Origin: a virus
Lineage: Duplodnaviria; Caudoviricetes
Length of the DNA stretch: 64,000 nucleotides
Direction: 5' to 3' (one strand)
IMG/VR virus record: IMGVR_UViG_3300043414_000372
Location: 165,852-229,851 of that record
Every line of letters starts with the position of its first letter. Position 1 is the first letter of the stretch. The translations under genes were made by a program, and so were the position numbers. The notes beneath the pieces are model-generated. The model saw nothing but the letters and a program-made list of their open reading frames with translations. It was not told the DNA's origin and did no database searches. Of the stretch, positions 36,173-45,896 are shown one piece after another.

Positions 36173-37003
36173 TTAACCGAAAAAATCAGTTACATTCAAT
36201 GCGATAGGTTGATCATATTCATGTTGACAATGAATACATTTGATTTTTTGTGGCTTTGTTGTAGAGGTTTCTCTTAGGAGACCTATCTGTTTACGAATTA
36301 CATCATGTGTATTTCTATCACAATTTTCTAAAAACTCTATAATATATTCAGGTTTATCAACTTGTTCTCCTGACGGAATTATAATATATTCAATAGATGT
36401 AGCCATCATATCTATATTAAGTTTAGATATTTTCATCATTGTCTCATTGGATTTTACTTTACGGTCTTCTTCATCCGTCATATTTTCCAATGCTACAATT
36501 TCACGTTGCATTTCAAATTGAGATAAATTGCCTTTGTTTATATTTTTGTAATTTAATGGTCTAATCTTGATCTTTAGATCACCTAAATTCAATAGAGAGC
36601 CATAATCTCCTGCACTCATTCCGGATAATAGTCCTACTAAATTAACTCCATACTTAGCTTCTTGATTGCATTCAGGTGCAGGACAAATAGATTCAATTTC
36701 TAAATCATTTCCATTAGTAGCAGCACGAATAGCAATCAGTACAGCATCAATGTCCATACTGGGCATGAACCACGGGTCTTTGATTCCCGGGACACAGCTT
36801 TTAATAATATCACAGATTGCTACACCATTAAATAATGCGTCTGGAGTTTTACTAGTAATTTCATCAATTGCAGTCATAGGAAATACCGGCAATTCACCGT
36901 TTTCCGGTATTTCCACCGCGCCCGGAGGGTAATAGTTACCTTTGCTGGGCAAACTGATATAAAGAGCAGGTCTACGGAAATATTGTCTTAGTGGGTTGTT
37001 CAT
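36173..37003 (-). CDS. gp26: Baseplate hub assembly chaperone, T4 gp26-like
   Basis: NPLRQYFRRPALYISLPSKG...ELPVFPMTAIDEI..KTPDALFNG...D+DAVLIAIRAAT.G...ICP..C (gp26 pattern). SD GGAG upstream. Confidence 0.8.
   Translation of the reverse strand: MNNPLRQYFRRPALYISLPSKGNYYPPGAVEIPENGELPVFPMTAIDEITSKTPDALFNGVAICDIIKSCVPGIKDPWFMPSMDIDAVLIAIRAATNGNDLEIESICPAPECNQEAKYGVNLVGLLSGMSAGDYGSLLNLGDLKIKIRPLNYKNINKGNLSQFEMQREIVALENMTDEEDRKVKSNETMMKISKLNIDMMATSIEYIIIPSGEQVDKPEYIIEFLENCDRNTHDVIRKQIGLLRETSTTKPQKIKCIHCQHEYDQPIALNVTDFFG
36179..36185 (-). promoter_or_regulatory. Putative -1 programmed ribosomal frameshift site T TTT TTC
   Basis: GAT TTT TTC GGT TAA at the end of gp26. The -1 frame stays open (RLRLLSLSPDGVQKLLDG) into the gp51-like ATG. 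Confidence 0.65.
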
Positions 37004-37036
37004 TAGTAATTCTCCAAAATTATGTATTTTATAAAC

Positions 37037-37061
37037 AATAAATACAAGTACACTATTTATT
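37037..37061. promoter_or_regulatory. Face-to-face pair of late promoters (AATAAATA on + at 37037-44; AATAAATA on - at 37054-61)
   Basis: AATAAATA-caagtacac-TATTTATT lies between the divergent gp26 and tape measure genes. Each box is one mismatch from the T4 late consensus TATAAATA. Confidence 0.55.
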
Positions 37062-37085
37062 AGTGAAAATTATGGATGAAATTAA

Positions 37086-40000
37086 ATGCCAGATATAGAC
37101 CCAAGCCTAACTGAAGCTGCTCAACGCTTAGCCGAAATATTCAACCAAATGGGGGCCAGTGCCACGGAGGGCATGACCGCTGAAGAAAAAGCTAGACAAG
37201 AAAGTAAAAGTATTACTGCTAGCGCAAATGAAGAATTAAAAAAGTTTGGTAAATTTCTTAAAGACGACGGTGAGGTAGTAGAAAAAAATATAGAGACTGA
37301 GAAAAAACGAGAAAGGGTCCAAACAAAAGTCAACGAAGCACTTGAGAAAAGTCTTAAAGCAGAAGCCGATGCTCAGGGTGTAACACTTGAAACAATAAAG
37401 TTACAAAAACAACAGAACACTGCTACACAAGATCAACTATCCAAATTAAAAGAACAGCTTGATTCAATGGTCATGCTGACCAAGGCACAGTATGCTGAAA
37501 TAAACGCTGTCCAGCAGGCAATAAAAGCCAGAGAAAAAGAAATTGATAATGTAAAGAACGCAGATAAGAATTTTGCGTCAATGATAGTAAGTATCAATTC
37601 TGCTGCCGGGGCAATTGATGCTTACAAGAAAAAACAATTAGATGCTGCTGAAGGTAGTGCTGAAGCTACTGCTAAAGTAGTAGGTAAGTTTGCATTAATT
37701 GAAGTAGGTACAACCGCAGTATCTGCTGGATTTGATTTTCTAGTAGCTAGCATAAAAGGTGCCTACGAAGGAATGCTTGCATATGATAAAGCATTAGTCA
37801 CTGGTAAAAATGGATATGCTTTGGCAAGTACTCAACAACTTGCTATAATGAAGAAACAACAGGCATCATTGGGTGAAAGTAGTGCTAGTTTCTTAAATGT
37901 AGGCAAAGCTGCCGGCGGTGCAGCAGTTGCTATGATTGGTGTTGCCCTATTAGGTGGTCCAGTCTCAGCAGTTGCGCTTGGATTGACAGCACTAGCTGCC
38001 CTATTGGGATTTGGCGCTGCTGCTTACTTGAAACAAGAAGAAATGGCGATGGAGAAGGCAACTCAGGACCTTGAATTGTCAAATCAACTTAAAGACAAAT
38101 TATTCGAAACGTATCAAGAAATTAATAAAGCTGGGCTAGCCGGTTCTAGAGGAATGACCGCCCTAGCAGAGAATGCTCACAAAGCAGGATTTGCTCTTAA
38201 GGATTTAGATAAATTTACTGCGGTACTTAAAAACAGTCAAAAGGAAATGAGTTTATTTGCCGGCGGCGCTGCTGCTGGAGTGGATAAATTCTCGGCAGTA
38301 ACTGGTCAAATGTCTGATAAGTTAGGAGATCATTTCCGTAGTTTAGGTATAACAGTTGAAGAACAAGCAGAAGAAACAGCAAAGTATATGGCTTTGCAAG
38401 CACGTTTGGGATTGACGCAAGGCAAAACAGTAGAACAATTAGCCGCCGGTGCTGGCAAATACTTAGATGAATTAGACAAAACTGCTACATTATTGGGCAC
38501 AAGTCGTAAAGAACAAGAAGATGCACGTAGTGCTATATTGGGAATTGAGCAGTTACGTGCTGCTATGATGGCAGCAGAAGATAAGGGGGATAAAGAAGAA
38601 TCTGAAAGATTGGGTCGTTACTTGGTTCAAGCTAGTGAATTACAATCAAAAGGTTTAGCAAAAGAAGCCGCAGGGTTAGCTAAGTTGGGAGCAACCAAAG
38701 GAGCTGCTACTGACAAAGATTCAATAATAGCGCGCCAAACATTCAGCAATGATTATCTTCAAAAACTAGATAAAAACACAGCATCAAACACTGAATTGTC
38801 TAGACAAGCATTTAAAGAAACTAAACAAGCATATGGTAGAAGTGCGGCCGGCTATGCTGCTACCGGAGTTGATTCAGGTCAAACTGGTGGTACATACGGA
38901 AAAATAGCAGATGCTGATAGAACGATAAAACAACAAGAAGCTGCCGCAAAAGAAGCTGCTACTAAAAAAGGATTAAAAGAAGGCACTGCTGAATATAGCA
39001 AGTTTTTTGATGAATTTTTAGAAGCACAGAAAAAAGCAACTGACAATCAAACTACAGCAGCGCAGAATCAAGACAAAGCCCAAACAAAAGCTGCTATGGC
39101 GGAAGAGAAACGATTACTTGGCTTTTCAAATAAGTTTGGTGAGTCTGCTGATGTGTTTGCAAAGGCTGTTAACAATTTTAATGGCAAAACAGGTGGAACA
39201 ACCCCTACAACCCCTCCAGCAGCAAAAACTAATGTTCCATTAAGACAGGGACAGCAAGCCGCAGCAGATAAAGTTGCTAGTAATTATACAAAATCACAAA
39301 TGACGCCTCAAGAGGCTAAAAACGTTTTAGAAAATGGTAGTGAAAAAGACATACAAGCATTTGGTGGAAGATTTGCATTAGAAGCGATTGCTGCTCAAGC
39401 ACCACCGCCGGCAGCAGCTAAACCTGCAGGGGTATCAATGCGCGGTGCAGCCCCATCAGCAGCCCCATCAGCAGCACCAACTGGTGCACGAGGTGGTGGA
39501 GCAGGATCAAAGGCAGCGCCATCAGCAGCGCCATCAGCAGCGCCATCGGCAGCCGCAGCTAAGCCATCAGCAGCGCCATCAGCAGCGCCATCAGCAGCGC
39601 CATCGGCAGCCGCAGCTAAGCCATCAGCAGCGCCATCAGCAGCGCCATCAGCAGCGCCATCAGCAGCGCCATCAGCAGCGCCATCAGCGGCCCCATCGGC
39701 AGCCGCAGCTAAGCCATCAGCAGCGCCATCAGCAGCGCCATCAGCAGCGCCATCGGCAGCCGCAGCTAAGCCATCGGCAGCCGCAGCTAAACCATCATCA
39801 TCCTCATCAACAGCCCCGTCAGCGCCTCCGGTAGGACCGGCTACCCCAGGAACTAAAATTGAGGACCTTTTTGAATTTGGAGGACCAACTGGAAACAAAA
39901 ATAATTTTGATAATTTAGATCCTAATTTTAAAAGTAAAATTACAGACGTTGCAAAAGCATACATACAAGCAGGCGGCAGCAAAATAAAATTAGCAAGCGC

Positions 40001-41111
40001 ACAAAGAGGACAAGAAGATCAAGAAAGAATTTATAAAACTTGGAAAGATGCCGGCGGTGATTTAAAAACCAAGCCGGAGGCAGGCGGGATGACAACACCC
40101 GCGTTACCTGTCAGTTTGGGAGGAGTTCCTACAGCACATAATTTAGGATATGCAATTGATGCCGGACAACAAGCCGCAGATATTAATAGTAAAATTAAAT
40201 TAGCAGATTATGGGTTACGTTGGGGCGGAACATTTAGAAAAGCTGACCCAGTACATATTCAAATGTCTGACTTTACACCGGGAACAGACAAACCGAGCCC
40301 TGCTTCTTCCGATAAAACATCATCTTCGGCAAGTCCATCGGGGAATGATATAGTACAAATGGGTGAAAGTGTCAAAGTAGGAAATCAACTCCGCGTAGGA
40401 GGATCGCCTGCTTGGAGAACCAACAATCCAGGTAATATAGGTTATGGCGATATAGCCAAACAGTTTGGTGCGATAGGAACATGGAAAAAACCTGACGGAG
40501 ATCAACAACAGAAAACCACCGGCATTGCAATTATGCCTGATGAGGATGCAGGCGCGAAAATGAAAATGAGATTGTGGAACACACCACCATATCAAAGTAA
40601 AACTCTTGAAGATGGAATACATTACTGGGTGTCGGGAACATTAGGCCTTCCAAATAAAGAAGGTATAAGAGAGAAACCTGCTGTCCCTGGATATGTCAAA
40701 GAATTGATAGAAGCTGCTGGCGCAAAAAAAGACACTTTAGTTAGTTCTTTATCTCAAGACCAATTGGTTACAATGGCAAAGGCGCAAAGAAAGTGGGAAG
40801 GATGGCATCCTGGAAAAACTGAATCAATTCAAGCTATGGATGGCGGAATAGTAAATGGCCCAATGTCTGGTTTCCCTGCTACATTACACGGTAATGAAAT
40901 TATTACACCATTAAGTCCAAATAGTATTTTAGAACAATTAGGAAAAACTAGTGCTTCATCAGCCGGCGCCCAATCAATGATGAATAATAGCAACAACAAT
41001 GATATATTAAATGAATTGTTTAATATGATGTCAAATAAACTGGATACTATGATTACTCATTTAGATAACGGCAACGATCTATCTAAGAAAATCGCTAAAG
41101 CTATGGCTTAA
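37086..41111 (+). CDS. Tape measure protein with C-terminal M15 (D-Ala-D-Ala peptidase-like) and NNPGNI-type lysozyme-like domains
   Basis: Long Ala/Lys/Glu-rich helical N-terminal ~750 aa with a hydrophobic stretch, then a SAAP linker, then S..R...Q...H-x6-D (HNLGYAID)...WGG...DPVH and AWRTNNPGNIG. Confidence 0.75.
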   Translation: MPDIDPSLTEAAQRLAEIFNQMGASATEGMTAEEKARQESKSITASANEELKKFGKFLKDDGEVVEKNIETEKKRERVQTKVNEALEKSLKAEADAQGVTLETIKLQKQQNTATQDQLSKLKEQLDSMVMLTKAQYAEINAVQQAIKAREKEIDNVKNADKNFASMIVSINSAAGAIDAYKKKQLDAAEGSAEATAKVVGKFALIEVGTTAVSAGFDFLVASIKGAYEGMLAYDKALVTGKNGYALASTQQLAIMKKQQASLGESSASFLNVGKAAGGAAVAMIGVALLGGPVSAVALGLTALAALLGFGAAAYLKQEEMAMEKATQDLELSNQLKDKLFETYQEINKAGLAGSRGMTALAENAHKAGFALKDLDKFTAVLKNSQKEMSLFAGGAAAGVDKFSAVTGQMSDKLGDHFRSLGITVEEQAEETAKYMALQARLGLTQGKTVEQLAAGAGKYLDELDKTATLLGTSRKEQEDARSAILGIEQLRAAMMAAEDKGDKEESERLGRYLVQASELQSKGLAKEAAGLAKLGATKGAATDKDSIIARQTFSNDYLQKLDKNTASNTELSRQAFKETKQAYGRSAAGYAATGVDSGQTGGTYGKIADADRTIKQQEAAAKEAATKKGLKEGTAEYSKFFDEFLEAQKKATDNQTTAAQNQDKAQTKAAMAEEKRLLGFSNKFGESADVFAKAVNNFNGKTGGTTPTTPPAAKTNVPLRQGQQAAADKVASNYTKSQMTPQEAKNVLENGSEKDIQAFGGRFALEAIAAQAPPPAAAKPAGVSMRGAAPSAAPSAAPTGARGGGAGSKAAPSAAPSAAPSAAAAKPSAAPSAAPSAAPSAAAAKPSAAPSAAPSAAPSAAPSAAPSAAPSAAAAKPSAAPSAAPSAAPSAAAAKPSAAAAKPSSSSSTAPSAPPVGPATPGTKIEDLFEFGGPTGNKNNFDNLDPNFKSKITDVAKAYIQAGGSKIKLASAQRGQEDQERIYKTWKDAGGDLKTKPEAGGMTTPALPVSLGGVPTAHNLGYAIDAGQQAADINSKIKLADYGLRWGGTFRKADPVHIQMSDFTPGTDKPSPASSDKTSSSASPSGNDIVQMGESVKVGNQLRVGGSPAWRTNNPGNIGYGDIAKQFGAIGTWKKPDGDQQQKTTGIAIMPDEDAGAKMKMRLWNTPPYQSKTLEDGIHYWVSGTLGLPNKEGIREKPAVPGYVKELIEAAGAKKDTLVSSLSQDQLVTMAKAQRKWEGWHPGKTESIQAMDGGIVNGPMSGFPATLHGNEIITPLSPNSILEQLGKTSASSAGAQSMMNNSNNNDILNELFNMMSNKLDTMITHLDNGNDLSKKIAKAMA
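39448..39830. repeat. 12-bp coding tandem repeat (SAAP)n with periodic AAAKP units
   Basis: The unit ccatcagcagcg repeats about 20 times, interrupted five times by gccgcagctaa(g/a)cca. Confidence 0.93.
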
Positions 41112-41132
41112 CGCTAAATACTAGATAATATT

Positions 41133-42932
41133 ATGACCTACAAAAAACGTTTTACGAATAAAAGTGGTATCTCTAGTCCAATTGGCGGCGGGAATAGTAA
41201 CTCTGGCGCCTGGAACGGCGGCCCAGGGCAAAACGGCTCTGAAACAGGTGGCTGGAATAACCACGAAATGGGTTATAAAAACTATATGTCTAGACTTCCG
41301 GAAGTCTATACAGGTCACCCAAATCGTATTGAACGATATAATCAATATGAAATGATGGACGTTGATGCTGAAATCAACGCATGTTTAGATATCATTAGTG
41401 AATTCAGTACACAGAAAAACGAACATAACGACACCCCATTCAATCTAGCATTCACCGAGGATCCAACCCCTCACGAAGTAGAATTGCTTAAAACACAATT
41501 ACAACAATGGTGTAAACTAAACGAATTTGGAACAAGAACATTCAAAATCTTCCGTAATACTATCAAGTATGGAGATCAAGTTTTTGTGCGTGATCCAGAA
41601 AACTTCAAGCTATACTGGATTGATAATACTAAAGTTATTAAAGTTATTGTTAACGAAAGTGAAGGCAAGAAGCCAGAACAGTATGTTATTAAAGACATTA
41701 ACATTAACTTACAGAATCTTACTGTAGCACAGAAAACTAATTCAGACTTTGCTGCTAATCCAGCAACTGGATTAGGTGGTACAGGCGGCGGATCAGGTGG
41801 AGGTGGTGGAGGTGGTTATACTGTTCCAAGTATGCCCTACAACACTACTGGTAGTCGTTTTACATTAGGACAAAGTGAAAGTGCAATTGATGCTAAACAC
41901 ATTGTTCACTTGAGTTTAACTGAAGGGCTAGATCGTTTTTGGCCCTTTGGTCAAAGTATCTTAGAGAACATTTTTAAAGTTTATAAACAAAAAGAATTAT
42001 TAGAAGATGCGGTTCTTATCTATCGTGTACAACGTGCGCCAGAACGTAGAATGTTTAAGATTGACGTTGGTAACATGCCAAGTCACTTGGCTATGGCTTT
42101 TGTTGAACGTATTAAGAATGAGATTCATCAAAGACGTATCCCATCAGTTCATGGTGGTTCAGCAATTGTTGATGCTACATACAATCCATTGAGTATGAAC
42201 GAAGATTACTTCTTCCCAGTAACTGCTGATGGTCGTGGTAGTAGTGTTGAAGTATTACCCGGTGGACAAAATCTTGGTGAAATTGATGACTTGAAGTACT
42301 TTAACAATAGATTAGCACGTGGTTTGCGTGTTCCTAGTTCATACTTACCCACTGGTCCTGATGACAATACTACTCCATTAAGTGATGGCCGTGTTGGTAC
42401 AGCAATGATTCAAGAGTTTCGTTTCAATCAATATTGCGAACGACTACAGAAGTATATGAGTCATAAACTAGACGAAGAATTCAAGTTATTCTTGCGTTGG
42501 AGAGGGTTCAACATTGATTCTGGTCTATTCACCTTAGAATTTAATCCACCTCAAAACTTTGCTGCTTATCGTCAAAGTGAGTTAGATACAGCTAGAGTTG
42601 CTACATTCCAAGCTATGGAAGCATTCCCTTATATGAGTAAACGCTTTGCACTAGAGAGATTCTTAGGATTAAGTGAAGAAGAAATCAATAAGAATGAAAA
42701 GATGTGGCGTGAAGAAAACGGCAAAGACACTGATATTGAACCTACAAGTAGCGATTTACGTAACATTGGCGTTAGTGCCGGTGACATAGATGCTGATATG
42801 GAAACAGCAGATAGCATCGAAAATGCTCCGGAAGATGGTGCAGAAGCAGGTGGACCAGAAGTAGCTGGCCCTGTTACAGATGCTGGAAACACCCCAGGTG
42901 GAATGCCCGCTCCGTCGGGCGGCGGCATGTAA
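41133..42932 (+). CDS. gp20: Portal protein, T4 gp20-like
   Basis: LEDAVLIYRVQRAPERRMFKIDVGNMP...AFVERIK, EDYFFP...GRGSSVEVLPGGQNLGEIDDLKYF..RL.RGLRVPSS, and EFRF..YCERLQ are gp20 hallmarks. Confidence 0.95.
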   Translation: MTYKKRFTNKSGISSPIGGGNSNSGAWNGGPGQNGSETGGWNNHEMGYKNYMSRLPEVYTGHPNRIERYNQYEMMDVDAEINACLDIISEFSTQKNEHNDTPFNLAFTEDPTPHEVELLKTQLQQWCKLNEFGTRTFKIFRNTIKYGDQVFVRDPENFKLYWIDNTKVIKVIVNESEGKKPEQYVIKDININLQNLTVAQKTNSDFAANPATGLGGTGGGSGGGGGGGYTVPSMPYNTTGSRFTLGQSESAIDAKHIVHLSLTEGLDRFWPFGQSILENIFKVYKQKELLEDAVLIYRVQRAPERRMFKIDVGNMPSHLAMAFVERIKNEIHQRRIPSVHGGSAIVDATYNPLSMNEDYFFPVTADGRGSSVEVLPGGQNLGEIDDLKYFNNRLARGLRVPSSYLPTGPDDNTTPLSDGRVGTAMIQEFRFNQYCERLQKYMSHKLDEEFKLFLRWRGFNIDSGLFTLEFNPPQNFAAYRQSELDTARVATFQAMEAFPYMSKRFALERFLGLSEEEINKNEKMWREENGKDTDIEPTSSDLRNIGVSAGDIDADMETADSIENAPEDGAEAGGPEVAGPVTDAGNTPGGMPAPSGGGM

Positions 42933-42947
42933 GATAAATACATATCT

Positions 42948-43175
42948 ATGAAACTCTTTGAAATGTTTAATCCCGCCGTAGAAGGCTATCAAGATACCGA
43001 AGCGGACAACAGTAAACCAAAGTGGAAAGAAAGCCGCAAAACAAAACTAACACTAAGACAGATACGTAAACTTAGAAAAATGTTAGATGTTCGTAATTTT
43101 GAAAAAGCAAAGTATATCAAAAAAGTACACGAGCAATATGGAGCAAAGCCAGAGGCTGAGGCTCCAACCGTATAA
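42948..43175 (+). CDS. Small basic protein in the T4 gp67/gp68 prohead-core position
   Basis: 75 aa (RKTKLTLRQIRKLRKMLDVR...) with its own late box GATAAATA at 42933-40. Function from synteny only. Confidence 0.6.
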   Translation: MKLFEMFNPAVEGYQDTEADNSKPKWKESRKTKLTLRQIRKLRKMLDVRNFEKAKYIKKVHEQYGAKPEAEAPTV

Positions 43176-43281
43176 AAATCTCTTATCTCTCTTAAAATCT
43201 CAAAAAAACAGTACTTATTACGCTGTTTGTTAAGATATGGTGTAAATATAATACAAAGCCATTACTTAGGAGAAACAAACA

Positions 43282-44109
43282 ATGGATCACAAAAAATTTG
43301 AACAACTTATTGATTTGATTATCAATGAGAACGAAGACCAAGCCCGTGCATTATTCCACGATATCGTAGTTGAAAAAAGCCGCGAAATCTATGAAGATAT
43401 AATGTCCGATGAAATGGATGAAGGCATGAACCCAGGTGGACAAGTAGGCCAGATGATGGACGAAATCTCTGCTGAAGAAGAAGGCATGACCGAAGAAGAA
43501 GATGAAATTGACTTTGATGACGAAGGTGATGACGATATCGTTGATATCGAAGCCGACGATGACATGGCTGGTGACGGCAGTGAAGATCGTTTAGTAAGCA
43601 TTGAAGATAAGTTAGACCAATTGATGGCTGAATTTGAAGAAATCATGGGCAACGGCGACGCAGAAATGGGTGGCGATGAGTCTGATGCTGAGTTTGATGA
43701 CAGCGCAGAAGAAGCTGGTGCAGATTTAACTCACGACATGGAACAAGACCATGACGAAGAAGGCGCTATGATGGAAGCAATTACTTTGAAGAAAGTATCT
43801 GTAACTCATGGTGACAACGGTCAAAACACAAAAAGCACAAGTTTACAAAACAGTGGACAAGCTGGAATGGACAGTCGTCCAGTAAAGTTCAGTGGCGCAA
43901 GTGAAACAGTTCCTACAAGTCCTAAAGGACCTAGCAACTTCTACTCAAAAGGCGAAACAAGTGTAAAGAACGCTAACAACTGGAAAAATGCTCCAGCACA
44001 AAACAATGCTGACTTAGAAAAGGCTCCGGCTCCTAAAAAGGGTGACGATGGATCTAACGCTAAGAGTCCAGTTGCTGAATCACGCAAGACAGTAAAGCGT
44101 AGAATATAA
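43282..44109 (+). CDS. Highly acidic prohead core/scaffold-like protein
   Basis: 275 aa, D/E-rich, between portal and protease. SD AGGAG upstream. Confidence 0.6.
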   Translation: MDHKKFEQLIDLIINENEDQARALFHDIVVEKSREIYEDIMSDEMDEGMNPGGQVGQMMDEISAEEEGMTEEEDEIDFDDEGDDDIVDIEADDDMAGDGSEDRLVSIEDKLDQLMAEFEEIMGNGDAEMGGDESDAEFDDSAEEAGADLTHDMEQDHDEEGAMMEAITLKKVSVTHGDNGQNTKSTSLQNSGQAGMDSRPVKFSGASETVPTSPKGPSNFYSKGETSVKNANNWKNAPAQNNADLEKAPAPKKGDDGSNAKSPVAESRKTVKRRI

Positions 44110-44122
44110 GGAATCTGAGAGA

Positions 44123-44758
44123 ATGGCTTTGTATCTCAAGGAGCATTTAACTTTCGACCGTGCTAGCATGGTAGTTGAAAGTGTAAATGAAGGCGATAAG
44201 AAGAACCTTTATATGAAAGGTATCTTCATTCAGGGCGGGGTAAAAAACGCTAACGAGCGTATTTACCCTGTTTCCGAAATCGAATCCGCTGTACAAACAT
44301 TAAACGAACAGATTACAGAAGGTCATTCTGTATTAGGTGAAGTAGATCACCCAGATGACTTAAAGATCAACCTAGACCGTGTATCACATATGATTACTCA
44401 AATGTGGATGGACGGCGCCAATGGGTTCGGCAAGTTAAAGATATTACCAACTCCAATGGGGCAACTAGTTGCTACTATGTTGGAGAGTGGTGTCAAACTC
44501 GGCGTATCAAGTCGTGGAAGCGGTAACGTGGACGACATGAACGGCAAAGTAAGTGACTTTGAAATAGTCACCGTGGATATTGTTGCACAACCAAGTGCTC
44601 CTAATGCTTATCCTAAAGCAATCTATGAAGGAATGATGAATATGCGTCATGGTCATAAGTTGTTGGATTTAGCAAAAGATGCACAGGGCAACAAGAAAGT
44701 AGAGAAATACTTGAAAAGCGAAGTCCTTCGTCTAATCAAGGATCTCAAAATTAAATAA
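44123..44758 (+). CDS. gp21: Prohead maturation protease, T4 gp21-like
   Basis: GIFIQG..KNANERIYP, GEVDHP, GVSSRGSG and TVDIVAQPSAPNA. Confidence 0.93.
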   Translation: MALYLKEHLTFDRASMVVESVNEGDKKNLYMKGIFIQGGVKNANERIYPVSEIESAVQTLNEQITEGHSVLGEVDHPDDLKINLDRVSHMITQMWMDGANGFGKLKILPTPMGQLVATMLESGVKLGVSSRGSGNVDDMNGKVSDFEIVTVDIVAQPSAPNAYPKAIYEGMMNMRHGHKLLDLAKDAQGNKKVEKYLKSEVLRLIKDLKIK

Positions 44759-44770
44759 AGGGGAAACAGC

Positions 44771-45871
44771 ATGTTTGATGCTATCAAGCCATTACTTGAA
44801 AGTGGACTTATTAACGAAGATGTAGGCCTTGCTCTAAATGAAGCATGGGAATCTAAGTTGAATGAGGCACGTGAGCAAGTACGTGTTGAATTACGTGAAG
44901 AATTCGCACAACGTTATGAACATGACAGAATCGTAATGGTAGAAGCCCTAGATAAAATGGTTACAGAAAGTTTATCAGAAGAAATTTCCGAATTTCAAAC
45001 TGAAAGACAAGCAATGAACGAAGACCGCGTACAAGCTAAACAACAATTGCGTGAAAATGCAGTTAAATTCAATAATTTCATGGTTACTAAACTAGCTGAA
45101 GAAATTAAAGAATTACGCTCTGAACGTAAACTACAAATGGAAAGTCAGCAAAAACTTGAGCAATTTATTGTTCACGCTTTGGCACGTGAAATTAAAGAAT
45201 TCACACAAGACAAACAAGCTGTAGTTGAAGCAAAGGTTAAGTTAGTTGCAGAAGGTCGTCAACAACTTGAAAGATTGAAGTCACGTTTTGTGTCTGAATC
45301 TGCTAAGAGATTGAATACCGTTGTAACATCTCATCTTAAGGGTGAATTAGGCCAGTTGAAGGAAGATATCAAGGTTGCTCGTGAGAACGACTTTGGACGT
45401 AGAATATTTGAAAGTTTTGCAAGCGAGTTCAGTGTTACTCATTTAAATGATAAAGCTGAAACACGTAAACTTATGAATGCTCTACAATTGAAAGACCAAC
45501 AATTAGCCGAATCTACTAACGTAATCAATCAAACTAAAAAATTGATTGAATCTAAGGAACGTGAAGTTCGTATCATTAAAGAGTCTAATCAGCGTGAAAA
45601 AATGATGAGTGATTTACTTGCTCCATTAAACGCAGAGAAAGCATCTGTAATGAAGGACTTACTAGAAAGTGTGCAAACACCAAAGTTGCAACACACTTTC
45701 GACAAGTATCTACCAGCAGTTCTAAACAGTGGAACAGAGAAAAAGACTACCAAGCCTATTCTACGTGAAAGTGTTCAAGAAGTAACTGGTGATAAATCTG
45801 CCAAACCACAAGAAGTAGATATGGATCAACGTGATAACGTTATCGATATCAAACGCCTGGCAGGGCTATAA
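44771..45871 (+). CDS. gp22: Prohead scaffolding protein, T4 gp22-like
   Basis: Glu/Lys/Leu-rich coiled-coil ORF between protease and major capsid gene. Ends IKRLAGL. Confidence 0.75.
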   Translation: MFDAIKPLLESGLINEDVGLALNEAWESKLNEAREQVRVELREEFAQRYEHDRIVMVEALDKMVTESLSEEISEFQTERQAMNEDRVQAKQQLRENAVKFNNFMVTKLAEEIKELRSERKLQMESQQKLEQFIVHALAREIKEFTQDKQAVVEAKVKLVAEGRQQLERLKSRFVSESAKRLNTVVTSHLKGELGQLKEDIKVARENDFGRRIFESFASEFSVTHLNDKAETRKLMNALQLKDQQLAESTNVINQTKKLIESKEREVRIIKESNQREKMMSDLLAPLNAEKASVMKDLLESVQTPKLQHTFDKYLPAVLNSGTEKKTTKPILRESVQEVTGDKSAKPQEVDMDQRDNVIDIKRLAGL

Positions 45872-45896
45872 AAGACATAATTTAGGAGAATATAAA

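Noticed and set aside
39388-39982. Gln/His-rich ORF (39388-39834) and Ala/Asp/Gly-rich antisense ORF (39395-39982)
   Set aside because: Alternative-frame readings of the 12-bp SAAP repeat in the tape measure gene.
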